Notes under the pieces: model-generated
The model's database searches: none
The model's input: only the letters and a program-made list of their open reading frames with translations
Told to the model about the DNA's origin: nothing
Shown here: piece by piece, positions 23,282-32,395 of the stretch
Position numbering within the stretch: the stretch's first letter is position 1
Layout of the letters: every line of letters starts with the position of its first letter
Program-made: the position numbers and the translations under genes
Virus record (IMG/VR): IMGVR_UViG_3300045988_148533
Coordinates: 32,001 to 96,000 of that record
DNA length: 64,000 nucleotides
Direction: 5' to 3' (one strand)
From: a virus

Positions 23282-23881
23282 CTATCTTCGGTTCATGTAC
23301 TGCAAGTGCTCCTCCATCCAGCTGTTAATCCACCCTCCGGGATTGAGGCGGTGTATCCATCTGCGGTGCAGCGTATATATCTCCTTCAGGTTCTTAGTGT
23401 TTATATCCGGCCATATATCAAAGTATATGGTGTCATAATGCTCGTCCTTGGGCGGCCTGTACTCCAGTATGTCTGCACACACTATTTTTATCGGCAGGTC
23501 GCTTAATTTCGGTCCTACAACGTCTATAACGTCCTGATACTTCTCATACACGGTTATTGACCTAACGTCACCGCTGTCAATCTTTTCCCTGAGTGCGTTG
23601 AGTATCAGCCCAATACCCAGTCCGGCCACCATCACGTCACCGTAGGCGTGCTGCACAAAGGACTGATTGCTGCTGCGTTCCATGTCGGTGTCGCTCATGT
23701 ACAACTGACCGTTCACATATAATTTCACGTACTCTCCGGGGGACACGTTCATTCCCAGACAGCCGTTCAACAGGTTTCCAAAATTATACGCCTCAGCCTC
23801 CTGATTAGAAATGGTGAATCTCTCTATGCGACACAGGCCCTGCTGCTCATTCTGTTTATACAGTTCTGCTACTCCTTCCAT
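23282..23881 (-). CDS. class I SAM-dependent methyltransferase-like protein
   Basis: DVMVAGLGIGLILNAL is a glycine-rich motif I, VYEKYQDVIDV is a motif II acidic residue, and IVCADILEY...YDTIYFDIW is motif IV-like. Confidence 0.55.
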   Translation of the reverse strand: MEGVAELYKQNEQQGLCRIERFTISNQEAEAYNFGNLLNGCLGMNVSPGEYVKLYVNGQLYMSDTDMERSSNQSFVQHAYGDVMVAGLGIGLILNALREKIDSGDVRSITVYEKYQDVIDVVGPKLSDLPIKIVCADILEYRPPKDEHYDTIYFDIWPDINTKNLKEIYTLHRRWIHRLNPGGWINSWMEEHLQYMNRR

Positions 23882-23889
23882 AGTCCCCC

Positions 23890-24216
23890 TTATCTCAACA
23901 GGTTTATAACATGGGAATTGACTGAACTGTTCTCCACTGCAACAATACCGCTGCCACAGCAGTTGAACCAGTAAATGCCGATGTATCCATCACCCTTCCA
24001 CAGGCGATAGCTCGTACTCTTAGTAACCCACACCTCCCCGATGCCGAGGGTGTAGTCCAGATTGTCAGCGGTGCGTGTAGGCTTCTTGAACTTACTGTCG
24101 GGGTTTGTCTCCACACAGTCAGTGTAGGGGTTGATGTCGCTTATTTCCCTTACTACGAGGGCCTCTCCTGCCCTGTTGATGAATGCCTTTAATGTGCTTT
24201 TAGTAATCTTTTTCAT
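23890..24216 (-). CDS. hypothetical protein (start at internal ATG, MKKITKST)
   Basis: The promoter box at 24242-24249 lies inside the longer ORF. Confidence 0.55.
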   Translation of the reverse strand: MKKITKSTLKAFINRAGEALVVREISDINPYTDCVETNPDSKFKKPTRTADNLDYTLGIGEVWVTKSTSYRLWKGDGYIGIYWFNCCGSGIVAVENSSVNSHVINLLR

Positions 24217-24241
24217 GGCTCTTTGTTTTTTGTTTACGATG

Positions 24242-24292
24242 CAAATATAGTCCATGATTTTGTAACCGCCAAGAAAAATCCTGAAATTTTTC
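24242..24292 (-). promoter_or_regulatory. conserved phage promoter
   Basis: The reverse complement of 24242-24249 is TATATTTG. GCCAAGAAAAATCCTGAAATTTTT follows after a 20-nt spacer. Confidence 0.7.
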
Positions 24293-25130
24293 AGGAAAAC
24301 TTCACATAATTTAAAATTGTTGTCTTAATCCCCATAATTTCAACATTTTTCTTTATTCTGGCCATCTTAATGTGCAGCTCATCACCCACCTTATAACCGT
24401 TATCACAATGTGGGTAATTAGCTGTCTTACTACCAAAATCCATCCTAAACTCATTACCCCTGTCATCCACTGCCTTAATCTTACAGGTACAGGCGGATGC
24501 GTATGGACTGTCAAGCAGTTCGTTTTTAACAATCTTAACGGATGTTATTCTTACACGTAAATCAAGAATTTTATCACCCTCAGCACCGATATACTCACTC
24601 CTGCTGTTAGCCTTATTTTTCTCTCTTTTTGCCGTAAAATAGGCCTCCACCTGATTGTCAATATTGGTGAAATTATTTATAATCCTTGCAGAGTTTGTCG
24701 TAAATCTGTTCTTGCTTATGTAAATCAGATAGTTAATGTCCTTTTCAGCTACTTCAGAAATTTTTTCACCCTTGTATTTACCAAACTGAAAAATGTCTCC
24801 ACTATAATCATACTCCACAGTGGCTTCGTCATAAATTCTAAGCACCTTGCCGGAATTACCCATAAAATCCAATGCCTTTTCAACAGCTATATTAAAGTTG
24901 TTGGAAAGAGTGCGTATGTACCTGTATGGATTGTAAAGGGGCATATTTTTAATGTCCTTAGGATAATAGTACCGCCACAGAGTGAACATGGCCAACTTTT
25001 TACCGACTGTTATAAAGAAATAGTCGTTATCGCTGATATTATCGGTTAGGGTTGAATTATACCTGTCAACCATTTCAAGCCCCTTTGTAGTGTCAATTTC
25101 CCTAAAACCCTTAGAAACTGCTGTATTCAT
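24291..25130 (-). CDS. hypothetical protein, A+T-rich gene; contains an FGKYKG...YL motif reminiscent of DUF3820 / Exo X C-terminal-like modules
   Basis: 279-aa ORF containing FQFGKYKGEKISEVAEKDINYLIYI. Its composition is visibly more A+T-rich than the flanks. Confidence 0.6.
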   Translation of the reverse strand: MNTAVSKGFREIDTTKGLEMVDRYNSTLTDNISDNDYFFITVGKKLAMFTLWRYYYPKDIKNMPLYNPYRYIRTLSNNFNIAVEKALDFMGNSGKVLRIYDEATVEYDYSGDIFQFGKYKGEKISEVAEKDINYLIYISKNRFTTNSARIINNFTNIDNQVEAYFTAKREKNKANSRSEYIGAEGDKILDLRVRITSVKIVKNELLDSPYASACTCKIKAVDDRGNEFRMDFGSKTANYPHCDNGYKVGDELHIKMARIKKNVEIMGIKTTILNYVKFS

Positions 25131-25154
25131 ATCATTACGTTTTGTTTACAGGCG

Positions 25155-25204
25155 CAAAATTGGGTTTTTAAGATTGGATATCCAAGAAAAATCTTGAAAA
25201 TTTC
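25155..25204 (-). promoter_or_regulatory. conserved phage promoter (-7 variant CAATTTTG)
   Basis: TCCAAGAAAAATCTTGAAAATTTC occupies 25181-25204, exactly 20 nt from the box at 25155-25162. Confidence 0.65.
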
Positions 25205-25304
25205 AATAAAAATCGTAAGGGCCGACCACTGGTCGACCCCTAACTATGTAAACAAAACGAGTCATGAAAGGAGGAACCTCCTCTTAGACCCTCTATTAAC
25301 GGTG

Positions 25305-25766
25305 CTACTCCGTTCGACTCCGAATCATCCACGCCTCCTTCTCCATCTCCACAAGAGTGTCCTCAAGCAGCGTTCTCGTACCTAAGTCGTCCTCAGGGAG
25401 CTGACCGTGCACCATCTTAATGCCCCCTATCAGCGTCTTCCAGTCAGCGTGTACGGCCACCCATATCTCCTTTCCGGTGGGCACAGGGGCTGTTGCAGGC
25501 ACTTCCTGAATGTGGTTGCGCTCAAGCATTTCTCTCATGCTGCTCACAGGGCGTCCATCCAGAACTCGTATGCGCTCGGCGAGAGCGTCAATGCGGTCAT
25601 ACTCCTTCTCGTAGAGCTCCTGAAGGTAGGCGTGATTGTTTCCGAACATCGTTCCCCTTACATTCCAGTGGTACTGCCACAGCTTCAGGAACATTGTAAA
25701 ACTGTCGGCCAACAGGCCATTGAGCATCACTACCGTTCTGCTCTGATTGCTTTCATTGTTTTCCAT
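25305..25766 (-). CDS. dps: Dps-family ferritin-like protein
   Basis: LNGLLADSFTMFLKLWQYHWNVRGTMFGNNHAYLQELYEKEYDRIDALAERIRVLDG matches the Dps pattern (LN..LA....ly.k...yHWnV.G..F...H..fee.y.e.....D.iAERi..LGg). Confidence 0.8.
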   Translation of the reverse strand: MENNESNQSRTVVMLNGLLADSFTMFLKLWQYHWNVRGTMFGNNHAYLQELYEKEYDRIDALAERIRVLDGRPVSSMREMLERNHIQEVPATAPVPTGKEIWVAVHADWKTLIGGIKMVHGQLPEDDLGTRTLLEDTLVEMEKEAWMIRSRTE

Positions 25767-25768
25767 TT

Positions 25769-27349
25769 TTACTCCTCATTTTTATCGTTGTTACTGTCTT
25801 TCTTACGTGCCTCTCTGCGCTCCTTTCTGCGTGCAGCCACCCTCTCTCTGCGTGCCCTCTCGTCCTCCTGTGCCTTTGCATTCCGCAGTTTTTGCTTCTT
25901 TTCGTTCCTCCTGCGTCGTTCTGCCTCGTCCCTACGTACATTCACCTCGCCTGCCTCCTTCATCGCCTTATGACGAGCAATTGACTCTCCTATCGCCCCC
26001 TTAATACGCATCCCCTTGGGCTGGGGATAATGCTTGTTAAGGGCATAGTCCACCTCGAACTCGTGCTTAGGGTCTGGGCCGTCACTGTCCACAGGTGTAA
26101 GGTCCTGATAGCCTTCCGACTCATCAAGCTCCGTAACATTACGGCTGTCCGGTGTAGTGGGGTTGGCTCGGTGTGTCTCTCTGGCTTTGCTTTCCTTGAG
26201 GCTTCGCAGACGCATTAGAATGTCCTTGCGGTGTGCCTCGGCCTGCTCGGCAGCAGTGGGGTCGGCTTCCTCCACAACCTCCGCAATAGGAGAAAACTCC
26301 TTTATGAATTTCTTGCTGTTCTCCTTTATTTCCTCCCAGTTGTACGTCTTTATAAGCGCAGAGGGCAGGGTTACGCTCGTTTCGTCAAGGACATTGCCGT
26401 TAAATCCGTTCATGCGGCTGTACCAGCTGCTCGCGAGCTGTCCTATCAGCACGGCTGGATTCAGTCCGGCCTTAGCTGCCGTCAGTCCTATCACGAGACT
26501 GTTGATGCTCAGGGTACGCATCACCTCCATGACGTTCGTCTCAGCGTGCAGGGTGGCATTAATGTCTATTCGGCCGTCAATAGTCATCTTTAGGTCATTG
26601 CCCTTCACCTCCTTGCGTGCCTGCTCCAGTATCCTGATTATCAGATTGCAGTAGTCAACATTGCTGCCTCCTGCCGCCTTGTTCTTAATCTCTATGTCCA
26701 CAAGCATCTGGTTCAGCACCTCCAGACGGCCTGTCTCAGTGGCCACCCTGAAGTCCTTACTGTGCAGCACGTACTCCGCTCTACGCTTAGTGATAATATC
26801 ACGATTATCCACATAGAACTTCTTTAGCTCGTCCTCCGGCACCTTAATTCGGTACTCCTTCGCCATCACCTTGGCTACATCAGTAACGGTGTAGAACTTG
26901 CCGAACATCTCCAGTATAGGAGCGGTGTAGTCCACTATGTTTCGGGGCTTTCGACTGTTTATCCCCATTGCCTTATTCAGCGTCAGGACAGCATTCTGAT
27001 ACTCCCTGTCCAGTCTAAGGTACTGCATCCTGAGCGCATTTGCCCGACGCACGGCACTCATGTCACCGCCCTGAGTCTTTATGTAGGCGGTTACGTTCAC
27101 CGTTGTCTGAAAGTCAATCGTAAGCGTGTGTTCCTGCTCCGTTCCGACCTGCACCTGCACCTCTCCATAGCGCACAGGGCTGAGGTCTCTTACCTCCTTG
27201 GCCCACTCCGCAGCTATCCACAGGTCCATGATATCGTCACTTGCATCCACTATGTAGTCGGGAGCCTGCTTACGCAGACGCTCCACGTCCTCCTCGGTTA
27301 TCCTTCTGCTTACGTATCTCTTGGGTTTCTCTTCCTCTGCCATAGTCAT
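25769..27349 (-). CDS. hypothetical protein with strongly basic Arg/Lys/Glu C-terminal tail
   Basis: 526-aa ORF. The C-terminus reads RRDEAERRRRNEKKQKLRNAKAQEDERARRERVAARRKERREARKK. Confidence 0.7.
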   Translation of the reverse strand: MTMAEEEKPKRYVSRRITEEDVERLRKQAPDYIVDASDDIMDLWIAAEWAKEVRDLSPVRYGEVQVQVGTEQEHTLTIDFQTTVNVTAYIKTQGGDMSAVRRANALRMQYLRLDREYQNAVLTLNKAMGINSRKPRNIVDYTAPILEMFGKFYTVTDVAKVMAKEYRIKVPEDELKKFYVDNRDIITKRRAEYVLHSKDFRVATETGRLEVLNQMLVDIEIKNKAAGGSNVDYCNLIIRILEQARKEVKGNDLKMTIDGRIDINATLHAETNVMEVMRTLSINSLVIGLTAAKAGLNPAVLIGQLASSWYSRMNGFNGNVLDETSVTLPSALIKTYNWEEIKENSKKFIKEFSPIAEVVEEADPTAAEQAEAHRKDILMRLRSLKESKARETHRANPTTPDSRNVTELDESEGYQDLTPVDSDGPDPKHEFEVDYALNKHYPQPKGMRIKGAIGESIARHKAMKEAGEVNVRRDEAERRRRNEKKQKLRNAKAQEDERARRERVAARRKERREARKKDSNNDKNEE

Positions 27350-27780
27350 TCAAATGTTATCCCGCTGTACTTTCCACGCAGCACTACACCGCAGCAGTCC
27401 TTCATTTCAAGCACAGCGACATATTTTCCAGTGTTATAGTGTATTCTACCGTACTCAGACAGCACCCCCTCAGCCTCCTCACGACTGTTCGCACGTACAA
27501 TCACCTCCACCGCTGCACCCTTGGGAGAAGTATTCACATAGCCTCGGTAGTATCCGTAGCCGTCCTCCATGTCGGCCAGAGGCAGTCCAGCAACGTCCGT
27601 GAATTTAGTAGGGGTAAAGGAATCAGGGGTGGCGTCAGCATGGGGTATTGCAGTACCCATTTCAGCTGCCATTGACACAAAGCGACCCCACAGTCGGCAG
27701 GCATCCTCAGGGGTGGAGGCCTCAACGTACCACCACCCCTCGGGATTCAAAAATGTATAGAATGTTCTGCTGCTATTCAT
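27346..27780 (-). CDS. hypothetical protein (start at internal ATG, MNSSRTF)
   Basis: The ATG at 27780 overlaps the upstream stop (27773) by 8 nt. Confidence 0.55.
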   Translation of the reverse strand: MNSSRTFYTFLNPEGWWYVEASTPEDACRLWGRFVSMAAEMGTAIPHADATPDSFTPTKFTDVAGLPLADMEDGYGYYRGYVNTSPKGAAVEVIVRANSREEAEGVLSEYGRIHYNTGKYVAVLEMKDCCGVVLRGKYSGITFE

Positions 27781-27994
27781 CGTCCTCAGTTCTTGGTCTC
27801 CGCTTGAACATCGTAACGTCCTCCACACCCACGTACCACCACTCCGTCCTCGTGCCTACCTTCAGTCGTGTGGGAACTTCCTGTCGTGGGGGGTATGTCT
27901 CCAGCACCACTCCGAGAGTATTCTCGGCAAAGTAGTGACCGCTGCCGTTGTGGCGTATGCGAACGATGTCCCCCTTGCGTATTATCTTCTTCAT
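27773..27994 (-). CDS. small hypothetical protein immediately downstream of the chaperonin gene
   Basis: 73-aa ORF, KGDIVRIRHNG...GVVLE, SH3/KOW-like in character. It has no GroES signature. Confidence 0.55.
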   Translation of the reverse strand: MKKIIRKGDIVRIRHNGSGHYFAENTLGVVLETYPPRQEVPTRLKVGTRTEWWYVGVEDVTMFKRRPRTEDDE

Positions 27995-27997
27995 AGG

Positions 27998-29578
27998 TTA
28001 CTTCTTTTCAGGTTCTATCGCTATTGCACAGGACGTTGTCAGAAACTGCATTGTGACGGACACGGCATTTTCAAGGGCCACCCTGAACACCTTTGCAGGG
28101 TCAACGATGTTCTCGTCCTGCTCAAGGGTCTCATAGTTCAACCCCTTGTTCTCCTCGTTCATGGACATAACTATGTCATCCTCCGTAAGGGAGGCGTTCA
28201 CTGCAAGCTGATGCAGTATGCCGTACACGGCCTCCATAACGGAGCGATATCCAGCAGTGAAGCTCTCATTCCAGCCACTGTCAATATTCCTGCGAAGCAG
28301 TCCATACACAAGCAGCTGAATAACACCTCCTCCGGGAACAACCCCCTCAGCCACGGCAGCACGAACGGCTGCAACGGCATCGTCAACCCTGTCCTTGCGC
28401 TCGGCCATCTCAACCTCACTCCTTCCTCCTACCGCAATAGTGGCTGCACCGCCTGTGATGTTGGCTATTCTCTCACGACATTTCTCTTTATCGTAGGTAG
28501 AGGAGGCCGTCTCAGCCAGAGCCTCTATCTCGGCCACGGCCCTGTCAACCCTGTCAGCACTGCCACTACCGCCCACGATATTAGTGGAATTGACATTCAC
28601 GACAACCTTGTCAGCCTCGCCGAGGACGCTCATGTCAATGTTGTCAAGGGTGTACCCAGTGCCACTGCCTACCACGTCTCCTCCGGTGCGTGCAGCAAGG
28701 TCACTGAGCAGGTCTTTCTGCATGGAGCCGTATCCGGGAGCCTTCACGAAGCACGCAGACAGACCGTTCTGCTGCCTTACATTTGCCACGATGAACTGCA
28801 TTACATCGGCACTTGCATCCGGAGCAACAATCAGGAGGGAACGCTTCTCGCTGTACACCGTCTGAACTGTCGGCAGGATAGACTGCACATAGTTTATCGG
28901 CTCACTGCTTAATAGAATGTAGGGGTGATGCAGCACGCACTCCATTCTGTCACTGTTGGTTACAAAGTAGGCATTCGTCAACCCCTTGTTCCACTTAAAT
29001 CCGTTGGTGACTGTAACAGTCACACCCTCATCGCTGCCCTCCTCAACGGTAATAACACCGTAGTCACCGACACGGAACAGGGCCTCAGCCACGGCAGCAG
29101 CAGCCTCCTCATCACCGTTGGTGCTTATAAGTGCAACGCTCCTGACGGCATCCACGTCGTCGCCTGCAAGGGGTCTGGCCATGCGCTTGATTTCCTCGAC
29201 GGCAAGACTGAGGGCCTCCTGCATACCCTTGCGAAACTCCCTAACATTCAGCTTCTCTATCCCCATGGAAATGGCATTTCTAAGAATGCCGTCTGTCAGG
29301 ATTGTGGCCGTAGTCGTTCCGTCTCCGGCATCATCACAGGTTCGGGCTGCTGCGAGCTTCAGCATGGTAGCACCCATTCTCCTAACAGGGTCTTCAGTGT
29401 CGTAGGCACGTGCAACGGTCACACCGTCCTTTGTGACATGGGGTATGCCGTACCCCTTGTCTATTATTACATTGTGGCCGTAAGGGCCGAGAGTTGAGCC
29501 GACCGCCTTGGCGACCTCACTTACACCCTCATACAGGGCTGTAAGTGCCTCTCTGTCAAACAGAATCTTTACATTCAT
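27998..29578 (-). CDS. groL: GroEL/Cpn60-family chaperonin
   Basis: TLGPYGHNVIIDKGYGIPHVTKDGVTVARAYDTEDPVRRMGATMLKLAAARTCDDAGDGTTTATILT is collinear with the canonical GroEL N-terminus, including DGTTTAT. The length is 526 aa. Confidence 0.92.
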   Translation of the reverse strand: MNVKILFDREALTALYEGVSEVAKAVGSTLGPYGHNVIIDKGYGIPHVTKDGVTVARAYDTEDPVRRMGATMLKLAAARTCDDAGDGTTTATILTDGILRNAISMGIEKLNVREFRKGMQEALSLAVEEIKRMARPLAGDDVDAVRSVALISTNGDEEAAAAVAEALFRVGDYGVITVEEGSDEGVTVTVTNGFKWNKGLTNAYFVTNSDRMECVLHHPYILLSSEPINYVQSILPTVQTVYSEKRSLLIVAPDASADVMQFIVANVRQQNGLSACFVKAPGYGSMQKDLLSDLAARTGGDVVGSGTGYTLDNIDMSVLGEADKVVVNVNSTNIVGGSGSADRVDRAVAEIEALAETASSTYDKEKCRERIANITGGAATIAVGGRSEVEMAERKDRVDDAVAAVRAAVAEGVVPGGGVIQLLVYGLLRRNIDSGWNESFTAGYRSVMEAVYGILHQLAVNASLTEDDIVMSMNEENKGLNYETLEQDENIVDPAKVFRVALENAVSVTMQFLTTSCAIAIEPEKK

Positions 29579-29612
29579 GGGCTTTAATGATTTTATAATG
29601 ATGATACAATAA

Positions 29613-29643
29613 ACGTCTCCCCATTTGGTGAACAGGGAGACGT
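29613..29643 (-). terminator. hairpin terminator after the RNR gene
   Basis: ACGTCTCCC (29613-29621) pairs with GGGAGACGT (29635-29643) in a 9-bp stem, just downstream of the stop at 29651. Confidence 0.55.
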
Positions 29644-29650
29644 CACTGCA

Positions 29651-31987
29651 TTATTTCCGCTTAAATTCAATTTCGCAGCTTCCGCCTGTGCAGGCCGAGG
29701 CCACTTCACTGCCTGCCTCCCTGATTGGCTCGTCCCACTTAATGCTGCTGTAATCCACAGCCCTCATTCTACTTAGGACGCACCATCTGTGCAGAGCGTC
29801 CACGTGCTTCAGACAATGACTGGTTTTAACCCTGTCACCTTCCATGTAGCGGTTAGCAAAATTGTTGAAGCGTCGTATCCAGTCCTTGCGCTTGGCTATC
29901 TTGTTGCGCAGATAGTCCAGCACGCAGTTGATGTCACTGAAGGACACACCGTCTATGCTCGCAATAAAGTGTCCATCTGTTATATTCTCCACAACAAAGG
30001 AGGCTATCTCCTCGTTTGTCATTTCAAGCAAGTTCTGCTTGCGCCCGAGGGCCACCTCACACGCCTCCCATATACTGCTGAATACCTCCAGCGCATCGAC
30101 AATCAGTCCGCTGCTTAGAATAGCTCCACTGCCGTATTCAGCAACAAGCTCTTCCTCCGAGAGCACCTCCATGAACGGAGCCTGTGGGTAGTCAAGGTCT
30201 CCAGTTGCAGGCAGGAGGCTGACACCGCTGAAATTGTTCCTGTTTTCCCATAGGAACTCTCTAACGTCACCCCATTCGCCCTCACGAACAACGCACGTAT
30301 TTGAAACATTCATGCTTAGCTTAGGTGTGGCAAGGGTTGAGGGGTGCTCGGGGTTCCTACCGCAGTCTATCCAGTTGCGCTTGGTAAGCAGCACCACGTC
30401 CCTCAGGAACTGAACAGCAGTCAGATTCTTCTTAATAAGCGTATTTTCCGGCAGTGTTACAGGGAAGGATATCACCTTTTCCATCGTGGGGTTCCACACG
30501 CTCGGCTCAACCGCCTCGGGATTCACCCTTTCAAACTCCTGTAGACACTGCTCCGTGTCATTGGCCTGTATATGCCGTATGTAATGTCTGCTGTGTCCTG
30601 GAGTTATACCGCTTAAAGTACCCAACAGCTGACTGCTGTTTCCCGAGGGCTTCACGACTGTGCATCGTGCAGCCGGACTGATGTGCAGCAGCTTGGCCAG
30701 TGTCTCATTCGTCCTGCGCACTATCATCGCACCGTTGCTCTGTATGTCAGGATTCAGCAATATATCTGGGTTCTCACATATACCTGTTATCCCGACTCCT
30801 ATCAGGGCATCTCTCCGTGCTATCCTCTCCGACCATTCGGTGAGCATAGGAGCAAAGTCGGTGTATCCAGCCTGAAGTGTGGCTATAATCGCAGCTGCCT
30901 CACAGGCCAGATAGAAGTCGTTCTCAGTCTTGACCTTGCCACCGTTTATCTCCACTAAGTTGCAGAAGCCCCACCCACTGTGCCATTCACCACTATCATC
31001 CTGATACTTAGGGAATAAGCCTACCTCTGCGCAGGGATTCAGGATAAAATCAGGACTTTCCAGAAATACAAATCCGGGCTCTCCGTATGCCTTTACACTC
31101 TCAAATATCCTGTCAAACTGTTCCTTAGGAGTGTCAGGCAGGATAACAGCGGAATTATTGCAGCGACACAGTTCTGGCATTGTCTCCATCCAATTGCCTG
31201 TCTTGCAGTTAGCCATCTCAGCATCGTCGGCATCGAATAAACTAATCATCGCACTACGACGCACCCCACCGCTGACAACGGCATTGGCACAGATGCACAT
31301 TATATGGTGAACCTCAAAGGGCGTCAGCCTCCTGCCTCTAATTCCTCTCAGAACGGAGAAAATTTTATCCAGTGCTCTTTTCAGAGGTAAGTGTCCGGGA
31401 GCCCTGAAGCCTCCTCTTATATAAGCCCCTTTCGGGCGAATAAGAGAATAATCATAGTCAGGTACACCATAGCCGAAGAAAAAGCTCCTCATCATGGCAT
31501 CCACGGCCTCGGCCCACCCCTCTATTGTATCGGGTATTACAACCTTGCTCCTCTCGGACATATTGAATCCTACTGCAATAGGCAGCTTCTCAACGTGTCG
31601 CTTCTGCACGCTGTATCCAGTGCCTGCACCGCACAGCAGCAGATATGTCAGTTCCTTGAACACCTCCACTCTGTCCGCATAGGTTCCGGCACAGTTATAC
31701 ATTCGTGGGTGCTTCTCAAGCAGCAGCTCGCCTCCGTACTGAAGAGCTCTCTGCGCACCCAGAATTCTCTTTTCCATGTAGGCTGCTCCGGCCAGTGTCA
31801 TGTAATTCTTAAGGTAGGTGATTTCCTTGGGGTCAAGACGCCTGCTGTAATATGCAAGGTGCATATCAAGCACCCTGCGAACAGCCTCCTGCCATGTTTC
31901 CTTTTTTCCAGTGTTCCTGTTGAATTTTGAATACTTGCTTAGGAAGACATACTGTCCTATTTCCCCTCTACTGTCAATTGGCTTCAT
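29651..31987 (-). CDS. nrdJ: class II (adenosylcobalamin-dependent) ribonucleotide reductase
   Basis: 778 aa. NPCAEVGL carries the catalytic Cys loop, and GFCNLVEI and VKPSGNSSQLLG are also present. The C-terminal Cys pair is ACTGGSCE. The layout matches monomeric or class II RNRs. Confidence 0.8.
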   Translation of the reverse strand: MKPIDSRGEIGQYVFLSKYSKFNRNTGKKETWQEAVRRVLDMHLAYYSRRLDPKEITYLKNYMTLAGAAYMEKRILGAQRALQYGGELLLEKHPRMYNCAGTYADRVEVFKELTYLLLCGAGTGYSVQKRHVEKLPIAVGFNMSERSKVVIPDTIEGWAEAVDAMMRSFFFGYGVPDYDYSLIRPKGAYIRGGFRAPGHLPLKRALDKIFSVLRGIRGRRLTPFEVHHIMCICANAVVSGGVRRSAMISLFDADDAEMANCKTGNWMETMPELCRCNNSAVILPDTPKEQFDRIFESVKAYGEPGFVFLESPDFILNPCAEVGLFPKYQDDSGEWHSGWGFCNLVEINGGKVKTENDFYLACEAAAIIATLQAGYTDFAPMLTEWSERIARRDALIGVGITGICENPDILLNPDIQSNGAMIVRRTNETLAKLLHISPAARCTVVKPSGNSSQLLGTLSGITPGHSRHYIRHIQANDTEQCLQEFERVNPEAVEPSVWNPTMEKVISFPVTLPENTLIKKNLTAVQFLRDVVLLTKRNWIDCGRNPEHPSTLATPKLSMNVSNTCVVREGEWGDVREFLWENRNNFSGVSLLPATGDLDYPQAPFMEVLSEEELVAEYGSGAILSSGLIVDALEVFSSIWEACEVALGRKQNLLEMTNEEIASFVVENITDGHFIASIDGVSFSDINCVLDYLRNKIAKRKDWIRRFNNFANRYMEGDRVKTSHCLKHVDALHRWCVLSRMRAVDYSSIKWDEPIREAGSEVASACTGGSCEIEFKRK

Positions 31988-31990
31988 AAA

Positions 31991-32371
31991 TTACTGTTTA
32001 ATTGGTTCATTCTCATCTGCTTCAGCCGTAAGGACACAGCATGGAATCGGCCCACCGAGCGTCAAGGCTATGCCACGCCTCAGCTCATTCTTGCGTATTC
32101 GGCCGTATTTACTGATTAATTCCTCACAGGCGTCTGCAAATATAGCACTTTGCAACTGCAAAAACAACGGCATAGGTCTAAAGGGCTGCTTCTCATACGC
32201 GGCTTTTTGCCGAAGAACGTACTGTGTCTCAAAATGCGTCTCAAGTATCTCTCGTGTAGGGAGAAACCTGCGAATGGCAGTACACCTTTCCGCATTGACA
32301 TACATATACCCCTGATGTCCACAGGGGAGCATGATATACAGCTTTACATGATGCTGCTGTGGCACGGCCAC
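31991..32371 (-). CDS. hypothetical protein
   Basis: 126-aa ORF tightly packed after the helicase gene. Confidence 0.5.
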   Translation of the reverse strand: MAVPQQHHVKLYIMLPCGHQGYMYVNAERCTAIRRFLPTREILETHFETQYVLRQKAAYEKQPFRPMPLFLQLQSAIFADACEELISKYGRIRKNELRRGIALTLGGPIPCCVLTAEADENEPIKQ

Positions 32372-32395
32372 TTTTCTTCTTTACTGCTTTCCATA

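Noticed and set aside
25290-25330. GTTCGACTCCG-like string resembling a tRNA T-arm
   Set aside because: The flanks cannot form the T-stem or an acceptor stem, and the string lies inside the Dps-like coding sequence. No convincing tRNA was seen anywhere in the window by eye. A tRNAscan-type search would be needed to be sure.
27773-27994. 73-aa protein downstream of groL as a GroES-like co-chaperonin
   Set aside because: It has no GroES mobile-loop or beta-barrel signature residues and is shorter than Cpn10. I kept it as hypothetical.
27935-28912. 325-aa plus-strand ORF (plus several 60-190 aa ORFs) antisense to the GroEL gene
   Set aside because: It lies entirely within the clearly homologous chaperonin gene on the other strand. 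Its low-complexity translation has no motifs. Long antisense frames are common in GroEL-like GC-balanced genes.
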